Positions 37,857 through 50,506 of a DNA stretch of 64,000 bases are shown piece after piece; the stretch's first letter is position 1; every line of letters begins with the position of its first letter. The notes below the pieces were generated by a model that did no database searches, was not told where the DNA came from, and saw only the letters and a list, made by a program, of their open reading frames with translations. The stretch comes from Octopus sinensis. Lineage: Eukaryota. A program made the translations under genes and the position numbers. The stretch covers positions 372,001 through 436,000 of the forward strand of contig NW_021831284.1 in assembly GCF_006345805.1 (NCBI RefSeq). The letters run 5' to 3'.

Positions 37857-40800
37857 ATGAAGCGTACTGATCTTAGTGTGTCTGTGAATTTTGCTCACGA
37901 AATAGAACTTGATGTACAGAGAATAAAAAGAATATTTGGGTAAACAACACACCAATTTGTATAAATTATAGTATATCTAAAACAGAGGACAGCAATCAAG
38001 ATATATATGTCAATCTTTTGCAAAACAGCAAAAATATGCAATTTACTACTCACGTTTATTCTCACAATATTTATAAAAAATAGATAATTAAAAAATCCTT
38101 GAAAAATCTGAGTAAAAACTCTCAAAATCCCGTAGAACTTGTTCAAAAATATGAAGAAATTAAAGAAAAAAAGTTGTTTATTAAAATTGTTTCAGTTTTA
38201 AACATCTGGATCCATTAGTCATAATTTTATCTCGATTGGCAGATTTGCCTCAAGTTAATAAACATCAATTAATTTTATTAGATGAGATTGAAAGTTGAAT
38301 CCAATCAACTTATAGAAAAAAACGTCCAAGTTCAAACTTTCAAAAAAACTGAAAAAGGCGGTCATTACAAAAATGGTTGTCTTTTTTCATTTAGTTTAAA
38401 GTTCCGGTATCTTATTATGAAAAATGGCTTGTAAATCGGCCTTTTTTATCTTTAAATTTTGTTTTCCACACACCTTCGTGGTCCAATAAAGTCAATGATT
38501 TCATAATCTTATCTCCAATTGATAGAACCAAATTATTATGTACTGATCTACTTGCCTGTCTTACTGTACGAATTTTCTATTTCTATGTCCAGGGGTGCAA
38601 CGGTAGGTTCATCCAGGCCAAAAAATTAAATGGTTTGATCACTTTTGATTTTCATCCTGAAATAGGCTAGTCAATTTCATTTTATTATTTAGATTGTCAG
38701 ACCAAGACTCAATGCCAACGGATATCGAATGTGGCGGGTTATTATTGGGTTGTGATGGATTTTATTGAGGAAAAGTCCACTTTTCGTTTTGGAAAAATCT
38801 ATCAAGCACTTTCCTCTGCAATAGAACAGCTAATAAAGGTTAATATTGGCCAGTCTCTATTTCTAAGGAATATTTGATCGTCGTTGTAGAGTTGGAAGAA
38901 AATCTTGTAAATGTTTTGGGATTATTGGTTTACAGGAAAATATGGATTTGCAGACGTTTTGGTTCAAACTTCAACCATCGGCTTGGGTTTTGGAAATCTT
39001 GGCCAATTTAATCATAAAAATTAATCAAGTTGATTTTTAATTATTTTTCTAGACAACTCCTTCTGGTGGTCTTCTGCTCAGGTTATTGATGGATTATTCG
39101 GATACTTATGCGACGTAATAAAATTATTTTAATATATTAGGATCAAAAAGGCCAAGGAGCTCTGTTTCTTTTTAGTCAAAGCTGTTATTTTTATTTATAT
39201 CTTATTTTTAGACGTTTGTGCCCTACATTGCTATTTTGATGTCGTGGATCACAAAGGGAGTCATTATTGACCATTTTTCAGAAGTTGTTTTTATATTTAA
39301 TTTATAGTTTTTCATTGAACCTGCTCTCAAAGGTATTTTTAGATTGATGTTGTGTTTTTTTGATTTTTAAAAGATTAACAATTCAAATTGAATGTGATTT
39401 ATTAATTTTTACAGGAATTAGCTATGATTGGTACAACAATCACTGTTCCATTGTGAGACCGGAGAGTGTTCCTTATCCTTTGAGTCAATACATTGACAAA
39501 ATATACAAAACTGGGGAATATTTGAATGCAATCCGTCTTTGTGGACTTCATGGTTATTGTATATATGAATATTCATAGAAAGTTCTATTTTGTACAAAAA
39601 TACGTCAGTTGAATACGATGATAAACTGTCTTCTATAATTGAGGCGGTTGAAATTTCGTTTGAACGTTCAAGCAGTAAACTTGTTCAGATAATACGTGAT
39701 ACTAACAATCTTTCTGACTGTCTTGAGTTATTTTATGTTTTTTTAATTTTAGATCTATCGGAAACTGTTTTTTGTTCTTTAAAGGAGATTTTGTGGTTCA
39801 ATTTTTTGATTATGCAAGTGATGAAATAAGAAAATTCGTCAAAGGTTATTTTACACGACACTTTATTTCTCAGATATTATTCCTGGAAGATTAAAGACAT
39901 ATTTTGACTTGGCAGTGAGAACTTCCACTCTTTCGAATGACAAGTTTTTGAGTTATATGGGGTAATGTTGCATATACTCATTCAGTAGTATACAACTTCT
40001 GTCGTATGATTTGATAAATATGCTGCATAAGGCTTATTTAAATTCAACCGATGAAGGTTTTTGTTATTTTTATTATCAGAAGACTCACGCGAGTTAATGG
40101 GGCTTGAGTCGATTGTTTTTGATTACAAATTTGATTGGCCACTGTCAATCATTCTTGACCAACAATCACTGCACTATTACCAAATATTGTGCAGACATAT
40201 ATTATTTTGTAAATATGTAGAGAGACAGCTTAGTCGGCATGTTTAATTGAGATTAGTAATAGATTGAACTGTAAGGGGAATTCAGGCTGGATTAAAACTG
40301 TGTGGATGCTTCGATATAAAATGATTGCATTCGTGCAGAATTTACTTCGTTATATATCAAATGATGTTATCAAACCAAACTGGGGAATACTTATCAGTGA
40401 GCTTTCCTCGGTGATTAATTTTATTTTCACGGAATTAGGCCAAATCAGTGGATGAAATTATCGAAAAACATACCAAGTTTTTAGACTCCTCATTAAAGTT
40501 ATTGATGCTGACCAATGCATATGTATTCGAGACATTCTACAATATATTGTCGTGTTGTTCCAGTTTTTGTGACATTATAGAGGTAAATTATTATTTCGAT
40601 ATAAAATAGGAATTTGTTTCATCCGGCGAACGCCTCTTAGGATTGACAGTATACTGTTCCTGGACACTGATTATAGGATTGTGATTCTGTTGGGAGTTTG
40701 GACGAGAAGCTTGAAGAATTGTCATCTTCTTTTGTGTGTGGGGTCGGTCGTCTTCATTATAGCATTATTGAACTTAGTGAATCCAGTCAGGATAATCGTA

Positions 40801-40884
40801 TTTGCAACTTTTTGTGCAGGTATTTGGTTTTAATATTTTTTGAATAGTCTGGACTTTAACTCATATTATATTCAAATTATTTGA
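37857..40884 (+). CDS. TUBGCP2: Gamma-tubulin complex component 2 (multi-exon)
   Basis: IYVNLLQN..TTHVYSH, LVQKYEEIK..LDPLVIILSRL, WLVNRPFL, DLLACLTGCNGRFI, FIEEKSTFRFG, GGLLLRLL, PY..IL.SWI.KGVI.D, KIYKTGEYLNAIRLCG, FDYKFDWPLSIIL and LDFNSYY. Confidence 0.88.
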
Positions 40885-41249
40885 CTTTTCAAAATATTTG
40901 TTTTTGATCTTTGTATATTTTTAAATTGTTCATTCAAATCTGTCAATGTTTTAGATCAGTGAAAAATTATTTTGTTAAAAAATAAAACTATTCTAATTTT
41001 TATTTAAAAATATCAATAGTGGGATTCGATCCAGCCCACACACGTATTTGCCCTTATTTTTCCTGATACCAACAAGAGTCATTTTTTCTTTACGAAGGTT
41101 AACCAGTTCCGTTATAGCCTAAAACAAGTATCAAAAATTATTTCAAAAGTCCTGGCTTATCACGATTATATCTAATTAGAAAATTGGCCTGAACAAGATC
41201 GAATATCCATAGTGGTAATCTTCTAAAAATTTTCCTTCCAGAAATTAGA

Positions 41250-41560
41250 CTATCTTACATAAAGGAATAAAAAATTGTTGTTTCAAAAGAATAAAATCGC
41301 TCATTTAAGTTTCGTTAATCCGACCGCATTCTTCATATATTATTTTCGAATGAGTAAAATAATAATGAAACAGATTCACACGCCTACAACCTTCAGTGTC
41401 TGTAAGGTTGATTATTTATTTTTATTTAAAACAAACATAACTTCCATTCCTCTATTTTTACCTGTTCATTGCATCTAGTTAATTAGCTAGCAAGTCATAT
41501 TTGTGTAGCTTTTCCACTTCAATCTCCGAAACAATTTTATGCAGGGATTGCCACTTCGCT
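41250..41560 (-). mobile_element. Decayed RLE C-terminal fragment related to 34246-37773
   Basis: EVAIP..IEVEKLHKYDLLAN motif on the minus strand. Confidence 0.45.
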
Positions 41561-41629
41561 GAGAAAAAAAAATTTTTTTTGGTTAAACTGACTTAAATAT
41601 AAAATAATTTTATATTTAGTATCAATCGA

Positions 41630-42488
41630 ATTTAGTATCAATTGAACTGCTATACCTTCCTGCAAAAACGACCACAATTTTACAACCTATGGATCAGGGA
41701 ATCATCCGCTCATTTAAAGCGAACTTTAACAAAATTAAATTTGATGCGATGTTAAAGAAAATTGACAATGGAACTGATCCTGTCGATTCACACAAGAAGC
41801 TGAATTTAAAAGACGGCCTTTTGTTTACGTATTTTGGATGGAAAAATGTTACTCAAGAAACAATTGCAAATTGTTTTAAGCATTCCAAGTGGATTACTTG
41901 TGAAAATCAAACCCAAGAAACAGATATAACGATTGATAATTACGATAAAATTATCACTACGCTTAAAATTCTGGATCCGATAAAACCAACGGAATTTATG
42001 GATCACAGTTTCACTGAGATGGATGAAGTTGAGGAATTCCTCATGGAGGAGTCAAATCAACCTGCCTTAAGTTATTCAGAAGATAACCAAGAAAATCAAT
42101 ATTAATTAATCCAGAAGAGGCATTGAAGATGTTAAATAAATTAAATAAATTTTATTATCAAAATGAAAATTTTGATTTAAGTTCACTTGAATCAATTAAC
42201 AACATGATCAGAAACTTACCTATGAAGAAAAAAACTATTGATGATTATTTTCATTAATTTTTTTAAACAATTTGGAAATTTCTTAACTTTTCTACAATTT
42301 AAAATTATATCATTTTAGATTATTAATCAGAATTTCATTACATTTATAATTTTTAAATTATTTTACATATATAATTTTCAATTTTTGGTGAACAACCGGA
42401 AGTGCAAAACCTCTATTGCTCGCCAAATTCTAAATCTCGCTACGATTTGGTCGATCCCAAAAAATGGCGGGATTTAGAGGTTTAACTG
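41630..42488 (+). mobile_element. 3' half of a pogo/Tigger element
   Basis: LPAKTT..LQPMDQGIIRSFK, WKNVTQETIANCFKH; terminus GATTTAGAGGTTTAACTG followed by TA. Confidence 0.8.
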
Positions 42489-42504
42489 TATTTATTGATT
42501 TGAA

Positions 42505-43858
42505 AATAAATCCCCTAGCTTCAAAAATAAATCCCCTGGTTGGGACTACATACCGATGATTATCTTCAAAAAGGCGGGAATGCCTTTATTATATAAACTA
42601 TGGAAGTTATTTAACTCTTCGTGGAGTATTGGACATGTTCCCCAAGCATGGAAGAGGACAATTGTTCGCATGATCCCGAAGAAAGGAAAACCGAGTTCGG
42701 ATCCTGCAAATTACAGACCAATCAGCCTCATATGTTCTATCTCAAAAATCATGGAAAAAATTGTCTTTAAAAGACTATCAACTTATATTGAAGATAAACA
42801 GTATCTCTTGAAAGAGCAATGGTGTTTTCGGCGGAACAAGGGCACTGGAAATTGCTTTTCACTGTTAAAGGAGGCCATATCTACAGCACAAAGGAAAAAA
42901 GAGTATCTTACGGCTGCATGTCTAGACATATCAAAAGCATTTGATAGCGTCTGGCATGCCGGGCTATTACGAACTTTATACAATTTTAACGTTGGAAAGA
43001 CAGCCCTAGTTTGGATGAAGAGTTTCCTCTCGGAAAGAAAATCGTTTGTACGGGTCGGTAACCAATTATCGAAGAGAATTTTGCTTAAGAGAGGAGTTCC
43101 GCAGGGATCTGTCATCAGTCCACTTTTATTTAACTGTGTGATGTGCGACATCCCTCAAGTGGATCTCCCTAGCATGGAGATGGTCATCTACGCAGATGAT
43201 ATTTTAATTATGGATTTCTCTATGAGCAAACCAATATCGTGAAAAGAACCCACAGTCATATCGAAAAAATTGGCAAATGGTGCCAGGATAAAGGCTTGTC
43301 TTTATCTTTTGAAAAAAGCACTGTTTGCTGGATTGGTAAAAGGAGAAGGAAACCTGATGTTTGTATTAACACCGGAGCGATAAAACCCGTGGATGATCTT
43401 AAATACCTCGGAATAGTTGTGGATGCAACTGGTTCATTCAAGATGTATATAAGGAAGAGAAAGAACAAGGCTACCCAAATGTTGAAAGCTCTGATGCGAT
43501 TCCAGCTGAAACCGGAAACGTTCTTATACGTATACTCTGCGTGTATAGAACCCTTCCTGATCTATGGATCTCAAGGATGGTTCGGAAGCTGCGAAGGAAA
43601 GAAACATATTGATCTTTTGGAGAAAACGCGGAGATATGCCATTAAACTGGCACATGGCTTGGACTTAAAATCCAAACTAACCCCAGAGCTGGAGGGATCG
43701 GTACGATCCATTGAAAAACTGTTGCATCACTTAAATAAATAGTGGTGCAAGGGGTCGTTATTTTTATCGAAGGGACATCTGGTGTCCCATTAGAGTTGAC
43801 CCCAATCAGCAAACAAACTCGTTTCTTCCGTCTCCTTGGTTTCGTTTGGCTCTTCTCA
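42505..43858 (+). mobile_element. 5'-truncated I-group LINE (RT and C-terminus), related to 46357-50506
   Basis: SPGWDYIP, NYRPISLICSISKIMEKIV, CLDISKAFDSVWH, GVPQGSVISP, YADD, LKYLG, LEKTRRYAIKLA; one frameshift near 43240. Confidence 0.85.
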
Positions 43859-44433
43859 ATTATATGTATATTCGACCCTTTTGATGCAGCCGCTAAAGTA
43901 GTGCATCTTGTTCCCTTTAGCGATCTTCCTTCTGTCCTGCTGATATGGAGATTAAAGTTTGATTCATCCATAAAGCAAATTGGTCTGTTTTCCGATTGAA
44001 ATTTTAAATATTTTTCAACAAATTCCTTTCTCTTGATTTTGTTAATTTCACAATTAGCTTTTTCAGGCTCGAATCTCACTTTCTTTAATGTATACAAACT
44101 TAGATCGAGATGTCGAGCGATACTTGATGTTGATATTGATAATTTCGGAAAAACTAATTCAAATTTTTGTTTTATTCCATGAAGGGTAATTGTGCTATCG
44201 TCTTCAATGCATGATATTAAAAAGTCGACATGTTCTTTGTCAAACTTTTTTCTATAATTTCCACCTCTCGTGTCAGGTTTAACTCCATCCCTTATCCAAC
44301 GATATGCTGTTGTTCTCGAGATATTGAGTTCAAGTGCTGTTTTTTTCCAATCTCCACCTGATTCTGCAGCTGAAATTAAATGTATTTTATTTCTATGCAT
44401 TTGATTTTTCTCTTCCAATGATTTACGTGGCAT
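43858..44433 (-). mobile_element. Truncated IS630/Tc1-like transposase
   Basis: HTH (WKKTALELNISRTTAYRWI), second HTH (ITL..IKQK..SISTSSIARHL), YTLKK and first catalytic CFMDESNFNL; ends at the LINE junction. Confidence 0.75.
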
Positions 44434-44474
44434 TTTTATTTGCTGCGCCGAAATATAATATTTATAATAAACGT

Positions 44475-46356
44475 AATCCACTTAGTTTGACCTTAATCCC
44501 ACTTAGTTTGACGTTAATCCCACATAGTTTGACCTTAATCCCACTTAGTTTGACGTTAATCCACATAGTTTGACCTTAATCCCACATTGTTTGACGTTAA
44601 TCCAACTTTGTTTGACCTTAATCCCACTTTGTTTGACGTTAATCCCACATAGTTTTGACCTAATCCCACTTTGTTTGACGTTAATCCCACATAGTTTGAC
44701 CTTAATCCCACTTTGTTTGACGTTAATCCCACATAGTTTGACCTTAATCCCACTTGTTTGACGTTATCCCAATAGTTTGACCTTAATCCCACCTTGTTTG
44801 ACGTTAATCCCACATAGTTTGACCTTAATCCCACTTTGTTTGACGTTAATCCCACATAGTTTGACCTTAATCCCACTTTGTTTGACGTTAATCCCACTTA
44901 GTTTGACCTTAATCCCACTTTGTTGACGTTAATCCCACTTTGTTTGACCTTAATCCCACTTTGTTTGACGTTAATCCCACATAGTTTGACCTTAATCCCA
45001 ATTGTTTGACGTTAATCCCACATAGTTTTGACCTTATCCCACTTGTTTGACGTTAATCCACATTGTTTGACCTTAATCCCACATTGTTTTTGACGTTAAT
45101 CCACATAGTTTGACCTTAATCCCATTGTTGACTTAATCCCATAGTTTGACCTTAATCCCACTTTGTTTGACGTTAATCCCATAGTTTGACCTTAATCCCA
45201 CTTTGTTTGACGTTAATCCCACATAGTTTGACCTTAATCCCACTTTGTTTGACGTTAATCCCACATAGTTTGACCTTAATCCCACTTTGTTTGACGTTAA
45301 TCCCACATAGTTTGACCTTAATCCCCTTTGTTTGACGTTAATCCCACATAGTTTGACCTTAATCCCACTTGTTTGACGTTAATCCACATAGTTTGACCTT
45401 AATCCCACTTTGTTTGACGTTAATCCCACATAGTTTGACCTTAATCCCACTTTGTTTGACGTTAATCCCACATAGTTTGACCTTAATCCCACTTTGTTTG
45501 ACGTTAATCCCACATAGTTTGACTTAATCCCACTTTGTTTGACGTAATCCCACATAGTTTGACCTTAATCCCACTTTGTTTGACGTTAATCCCCCATAGT
45601 TTGACCTTAATCCCACTTTGTTTGACGTTAATCCAACTTTGTTTGACCTTAATCCCACTTTGTTTGACGTTAATCCAACTTTGTTTGACCTTAATCCCAC
45701 TTTGTTTGACGTTAATCCCACATAGTTTGACCTTAATCCCACTTTGTTTGACGTTAATCCCACATAGTTTGACCTTAATCCCACTTTGTTTGACGTTAAT
45801 CCCACATAGTTTGACCTTAATCCCACATTGTTTGACGTTAATCCAACTTTGTTTGACCTTAATCCCACTTTGTTTGACGTTAATCCCACATAGTTTGACC
45901 TTAATCCCACTTTGTTTGACGTTAATCCCACATAGTTTGACCTTAATCCCACTTTGTTTGACGTTAATCCCACTTAGTTTGACCTTAATCCCACTTTGTT
46001 TGACGTTAATCCCACATAGTTTGACCTTAATCCCACTTTGTTTGACGTTAATCCCACATAGTTTGACCTTAATCCCACTTTGTTTGACGTTAATCCCATA
46101 GTTTGACCTTAATCCCACTTTGTTTGACGTTAATCCCACATAGTTTGACCTTAATCCACTTTGTTTGACGTTAATCCCACATAGTTTGACCTTAATCCCA
46201 CTTTGTTGACGTTAATCCCACATAGTTTGACCTTAATCCCACTTTGTTTGACGTTAATCCCACATAGTTTGACCTTAATCCCACTTTGTTTGACGTTAAT
46301 CCCACATAGTTTGACCTTAATCCCACTTTGTTTGACGTTAATCCCACATAGTTTGA
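44475..46356 (+). repeat. 42-bp dimeric satellite, left arm
   Basis: Alternating 21-mers GTTTGACCTTAATCCCACTTT and GTTTGACGTTAATCCCACATA, roughly 90 monomers; more indels at about 44720-45200. Confidence 0.97.
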
Positions 46357-46434
46357 GAATTGATATCACGTGGTGTTTGTGACGTGGTGTTCTTGTGAGC
46401 AAAATAAAAGAAAAATACTAATAACAATTTCACA

Positions 46435-47816
46435 ATGAATTATTCAAAATCCAAGAAGAATTTTAAATCCCCGAATATCCAGGCTTCTGTGCCATCAATC
46501 TCGGCTTCTGTGCGCTCTATTTCGGCCTCTGTGCCTTCTATCTCGACCTCTGTACCATCTATCTCGGCCTCCGTGCCATCTATCCCGGCCTCCGTGCCAT
46601 CTATCCCGGCCTCCGTGCCATCTGTATGCCTGAGTATTGTACTATCAATACACAACTCAGAGCTCGATTCTATTGAGATAGCAAACACACTTTGTGGTTG
46701 TGAAATCGCTTGTAAGGCTCGAGTGACACGTCGTCACTCGGGCGACTACGTTTTGGATTTCAAAAGTAAAGAGGATCTTTCGGCCTTTGTTGACTACTGT
46801 AAGTATACCCAGCCCTTTGGACCAAATGGCCACAAAATCGAGGAGGCAAAGCCACGTGCGTCCGCGATAATGCTTAGGAACCTCCCGAACTGGGTTGGAA
46901 CCGAGGAACTTGTAAAGTATCTGGGTAAACTAATCTCTCCGGGGTTTTTGGTTGAGAGATTTTTCCGAAATGGAAGTCCACTTCCTCTGGCTAAAGTGAC
47001 CATCCCCTCTAGGGGTGAAGCAGCCTCTCTCATACGAATGGGGTTGAAAATTGGTTTCCGCGAAATTTTCTGTAGTTGGTACAAGCAACCAGACACGCAA
47101 TGTTTCCGCTGCCAGCGTTTCGGACATATCTCACGGTTCTGTAAAGAAAAAGTGAGATGTCTCATTTGTGAGGGCCCACATACCCGTTCGGAATGTCCTC
47201 TGACTGGAAACTACCCTACCAAGTGCATAAACTGTGGATCCTCAACACACATGGCCAACTATGGAGGATGTCCTGTTGTCAAGGAGCTTCTTAAAAGAGA
47301 TTACCTCGGAAAACTACAGATCAGTCTACTAAACTGAAATTTGATACATCTCCCGCAATGAAAATACAAGGAAAAACGATCAAAACTGAAACAGGAAACG
47401 TGAAAGTACAAAATACCTGGAAAGGATGGAACTTTAATAAAAGTACAAAATTCGTGGATGCTGAGGTTCAGACTGACGATATCTCTGAATCCATGTCAAA
47501 CACTTTGAAAACTGCGACACCCACTATATCTACGCAAAAACCAAAATTAAAGTTGGAACAAGGCGTAAACACAACCGAATATATGACTCAACCCAAAAAA
47601 GGCATGAAACTCGGGGACACTTCCAAATCAAACCCGGGACAACCACCATGCAACATACAGGTGGCAGATGAAAAGACAAATGCAATTGAACATTTAAAAG
47701 CAAAACTGGAGGACCTCCATCTTAAATCGAAAACGACGACTAAAAAAACGTTTAAAAATTTACTGGAACTGGTGGCGCTCGTTATGGAGGACAGTCACCA
47801 AAACTTGACGAGATGA
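46435..47816 (+). CDS. ORF1 (gag-like, three zinc knuckles), one frameshift near 47293
   Basis: CFRCQRFGHISRFC, CLICEGPHTRSEC, CINCGSSTH..YGGC. ORF 47358-47816 continues it in another frame and its TGA overlaps the ORF2 ATG (ATGA). Confidence 0.8.
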
Positions 47817-50402
47817 GCGTTTTTACGCTTATCAACGCCCGGTCAATTCGGAAACGGGCTACGGAGCTAACCTACTTGGTTAGCTCGGTAAACATGGACA
47901 TATTGGTTGTTAATGAAACGAAGCTTAAGGGAAATCAGCATCATAAAATCCATGGTTTTCAGTCGATTGATATCCCATGGCGACCTGACGCAGTGGCTGG
48001 CACTGGGACATCCATATATTATAAAGACAATCTGATGGTGAGGGACTTGAAAATCGTCGAACAAAATTTGTGCGAACTGATTACATTGAAACTACTAACA
48101 TCCCTTGGATGGATATCTGTCGGAGCTATGTACTCCAAAGCAATGAAGAATTATCAAAATCTTATTGAAGAATTTTTCCAGAACAATGATAGAGGAATTC
48201 TAATAGGAGACCTTAACGCAAAACACACATCGTACGGATGTGCCAACACAAATTCGGACGGTAATATACTCCTCAGATTATCGGAGAACTGCGGTTTTAG
48301 TGTTTTGACCTCACGAGAACCAAACCACTTCTCTTGTTATGGAGAGGATTGTATTGGAGTTTTCCTCGTATCGGCAGATCTTGTTCATCAATGCAGCATA
48401 CCAAGGATTGAGATAAACATTGGTAGTGATCACCTACCTCAATCCTTGTGTATGCGAACATCATCTACGATATGCGAAGATCTGTTTATCGGATACGATA
48501 CGTCTCGGACAATCTGGTCGGACCTTGAGGTATCAATGAAAAAGCATTTGACACCGTATCCAATACAAAACATCTCTTCGAATATACAAATTGAAAAACT
48601 TGATAAAATTCTCAGAGAAGCTATACTGGACTTTCTCCGAAAATCTTCAATCAGGAAATACATCATGTCAAATACTAACAGAAAAACCCGGATTGACGAA
48701 TCTTTGGGAAAACTTATAAAATGGAAGGGAAACCTTGAAAAGAAGCTAAGACGATGCAGTGACCCCATAGATCGTATTCGTCTTCGGGATAAGATTCGTA
48801 CCGTGAAAATAGAGATAAATGATGTCGCAAAAAAAACATTCAGACCTTGCTTGGAAGAGTCAATGCTCGAAACTGAATAAGAAAAACCCTCATTTTTGGA
48901 AGGTTTTCAACAGACTGAGTAATATGGAGAACAAAGGAGAAGAGATCCGACTAAAAACAACTGAAGGAATAGATATCCCGCTCGATGAAGTTCCCTCACA
49001 TCTGCGAAGTCAACTGGCAAAAGTTCAAGAGGTGGATCCGATCGACATGGTTCCGAAAGAAGTTATATGTGAGGCTCAGAGAAGTCTAAGAGCTAATTTG
49101 AGTCATACGGGACCACTGTGCAGAGACATAACGTTGGAAGAAACGTATGCCGCAATTATGAGCTGCAAGAATAATGCACCCGGCCATGACTACATTCCAA
49201 TTTCTGTATTCAAACATGCTCCAAATATTCTCCTACGATACTTGACCGCACTATACAATGCAAGCTGGAGACTTGGATACGTACCGGACTCTTGGAAAAA
49301 GTCAATCGTACGTATGATTCCAAAGCCTGGAAAAATAAAGGACCATGCAGAGAACTATAGGCCGATAAGCCTAATATGCTCCGTCTCTAAAATTATGGAA
49401 CGGATTGTCTTCACAAGACTTTCGAACTTCGTAGAGGAATCAGGTGCACTTGCAGTAGAGCAGTGGGGATTCCGACGAAAAAGATCCTGTGGTGATTGTT
49501 TCGGAGAACTCGAGAAAGTCATCTCGCTTAGTCTTGCTAATAATACAGCGACTATTGCTATCTGCCTCGATGTCTCAAAAGCTTTTGACAGCGTATGGCA
49601 CCTGGGCCTCTTGGAAAGTGTCGCCAAGAGCAAACCCGGGTCTAAAACGGTCAATTGGCTGAAGAGCTATTTATCAATGAGAAGGTCATACATACGATGC
49701 GGAAACCGTTTGTCGGAATCTGTCGATCTCAAAAGAGGGGTACCTCAAGGCTCGGTCTTGAGCCCCCTGCTTTTTAATATTTACGTTGCTGATATTCCAA
49801 AACCGAAAGATCCTACCAGTCGTCTCATGATCTACGCGGACGACATATTAATAACGGATGCTTCGTGGAGAAAAGACATCTCGTGGAGGAAGTTAAAAGG
49901 ATACGTGACAAGAGTGGAAGAATGGTGCATATCAAAAGGACTGACGCTTGCAAAAGAAAAGTGCACCGCCACTTGGATTGCAAAACAGGGAGCAAAACGA
50001 AAACCGCCGAGAAACCTCTATGGGTTTACAGTAACGGAGAACCTGAAATACCTTGGGGTTGAAGTTGGATCCAAGGGTTCTTACTTCAGATACATCGACT
50101 CGAGGAGAAGGAAATGCGCTCAAATTCTCAGGAGCATAATTCACTTCCACCTTTCCCCGGAAACGTTTTTATATGTTTATAAAACGTGCGTCGAACCATT
50201 GCTTACCTACGGGTTCGAGGGATGGTATCCTACTGCTGAAAGGGATGGCATTATCGCTAAGCTCGAAAAGACGAGGCGATATGCCATCAAATTGGCAAAT
50301 GGACTCCAGTTGGACCAACCCATCCCTCAAGTGATGGAAGACGCGACGGAAACGGTTGGAAGTGTTCTTGAGAGAGCCTTTTCCTCTCGAATTAAATATT
50401 AA
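47813..50402 (+). CDS. ORF2: AP endonuclease plus reverse transcriptase, split by one extra A in A8 (48829-48836)
   Basis: APE: INARS, NETK, GDLNAKH, GSDH. RT: APGHDYI, NYRPISL, LDVSKAFDSVWH, GVPQGSVLSP, YADD, KYLG. No RNase H recognised. Confidence 0.88.
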
Positions 50403-50506
50403 AAAAAAAAGAGGGAAACAACGAAGAAGAGGCATACGTTGTCTCATTAACTTTCTCCCTCTTTTTTCGGCTTTTCCGTTAATAAAAATTCATTCATTCA
50501 TTCATT

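Larger units (their letters stand above)
46357..50506 (+). mobile_element. Near full-length I-group non-LTR retrotransposon inserted in the satellite
   Basis: AGTTTGA duplicated at 46350-46356 and 50507-50513 with the satellite register preserved; short 5' UTR, ORF1, ORF2, AATAAA and a (TTCA)n tail. Confidence 0.92.

Noticed and set aside
37895-38146. Minus-strand hydrophobic 83-aa ORF
   Set aside because: Antisense to the TUBGCP2 N-terminal exons.
41015-41045. GGGATTCGATCC B-box/tRNA-like motif
   Set aside because: No cloverleaf, proper T-arm or A-box spacing could be built.
43858-44433. Fanzor/TnpB cargo with the IS630-like transposase
   Set aside because: No RuvC/zinc-finger Fanzor-like ORF recognised anywhere in the window; the element's 3' half is missing.
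48829-48836. Programmed -1 frameshift between APE and RT
   Set aside because: The RT frame is +1 relative to APE; one extra A (mutation or sequencing error) explains it.
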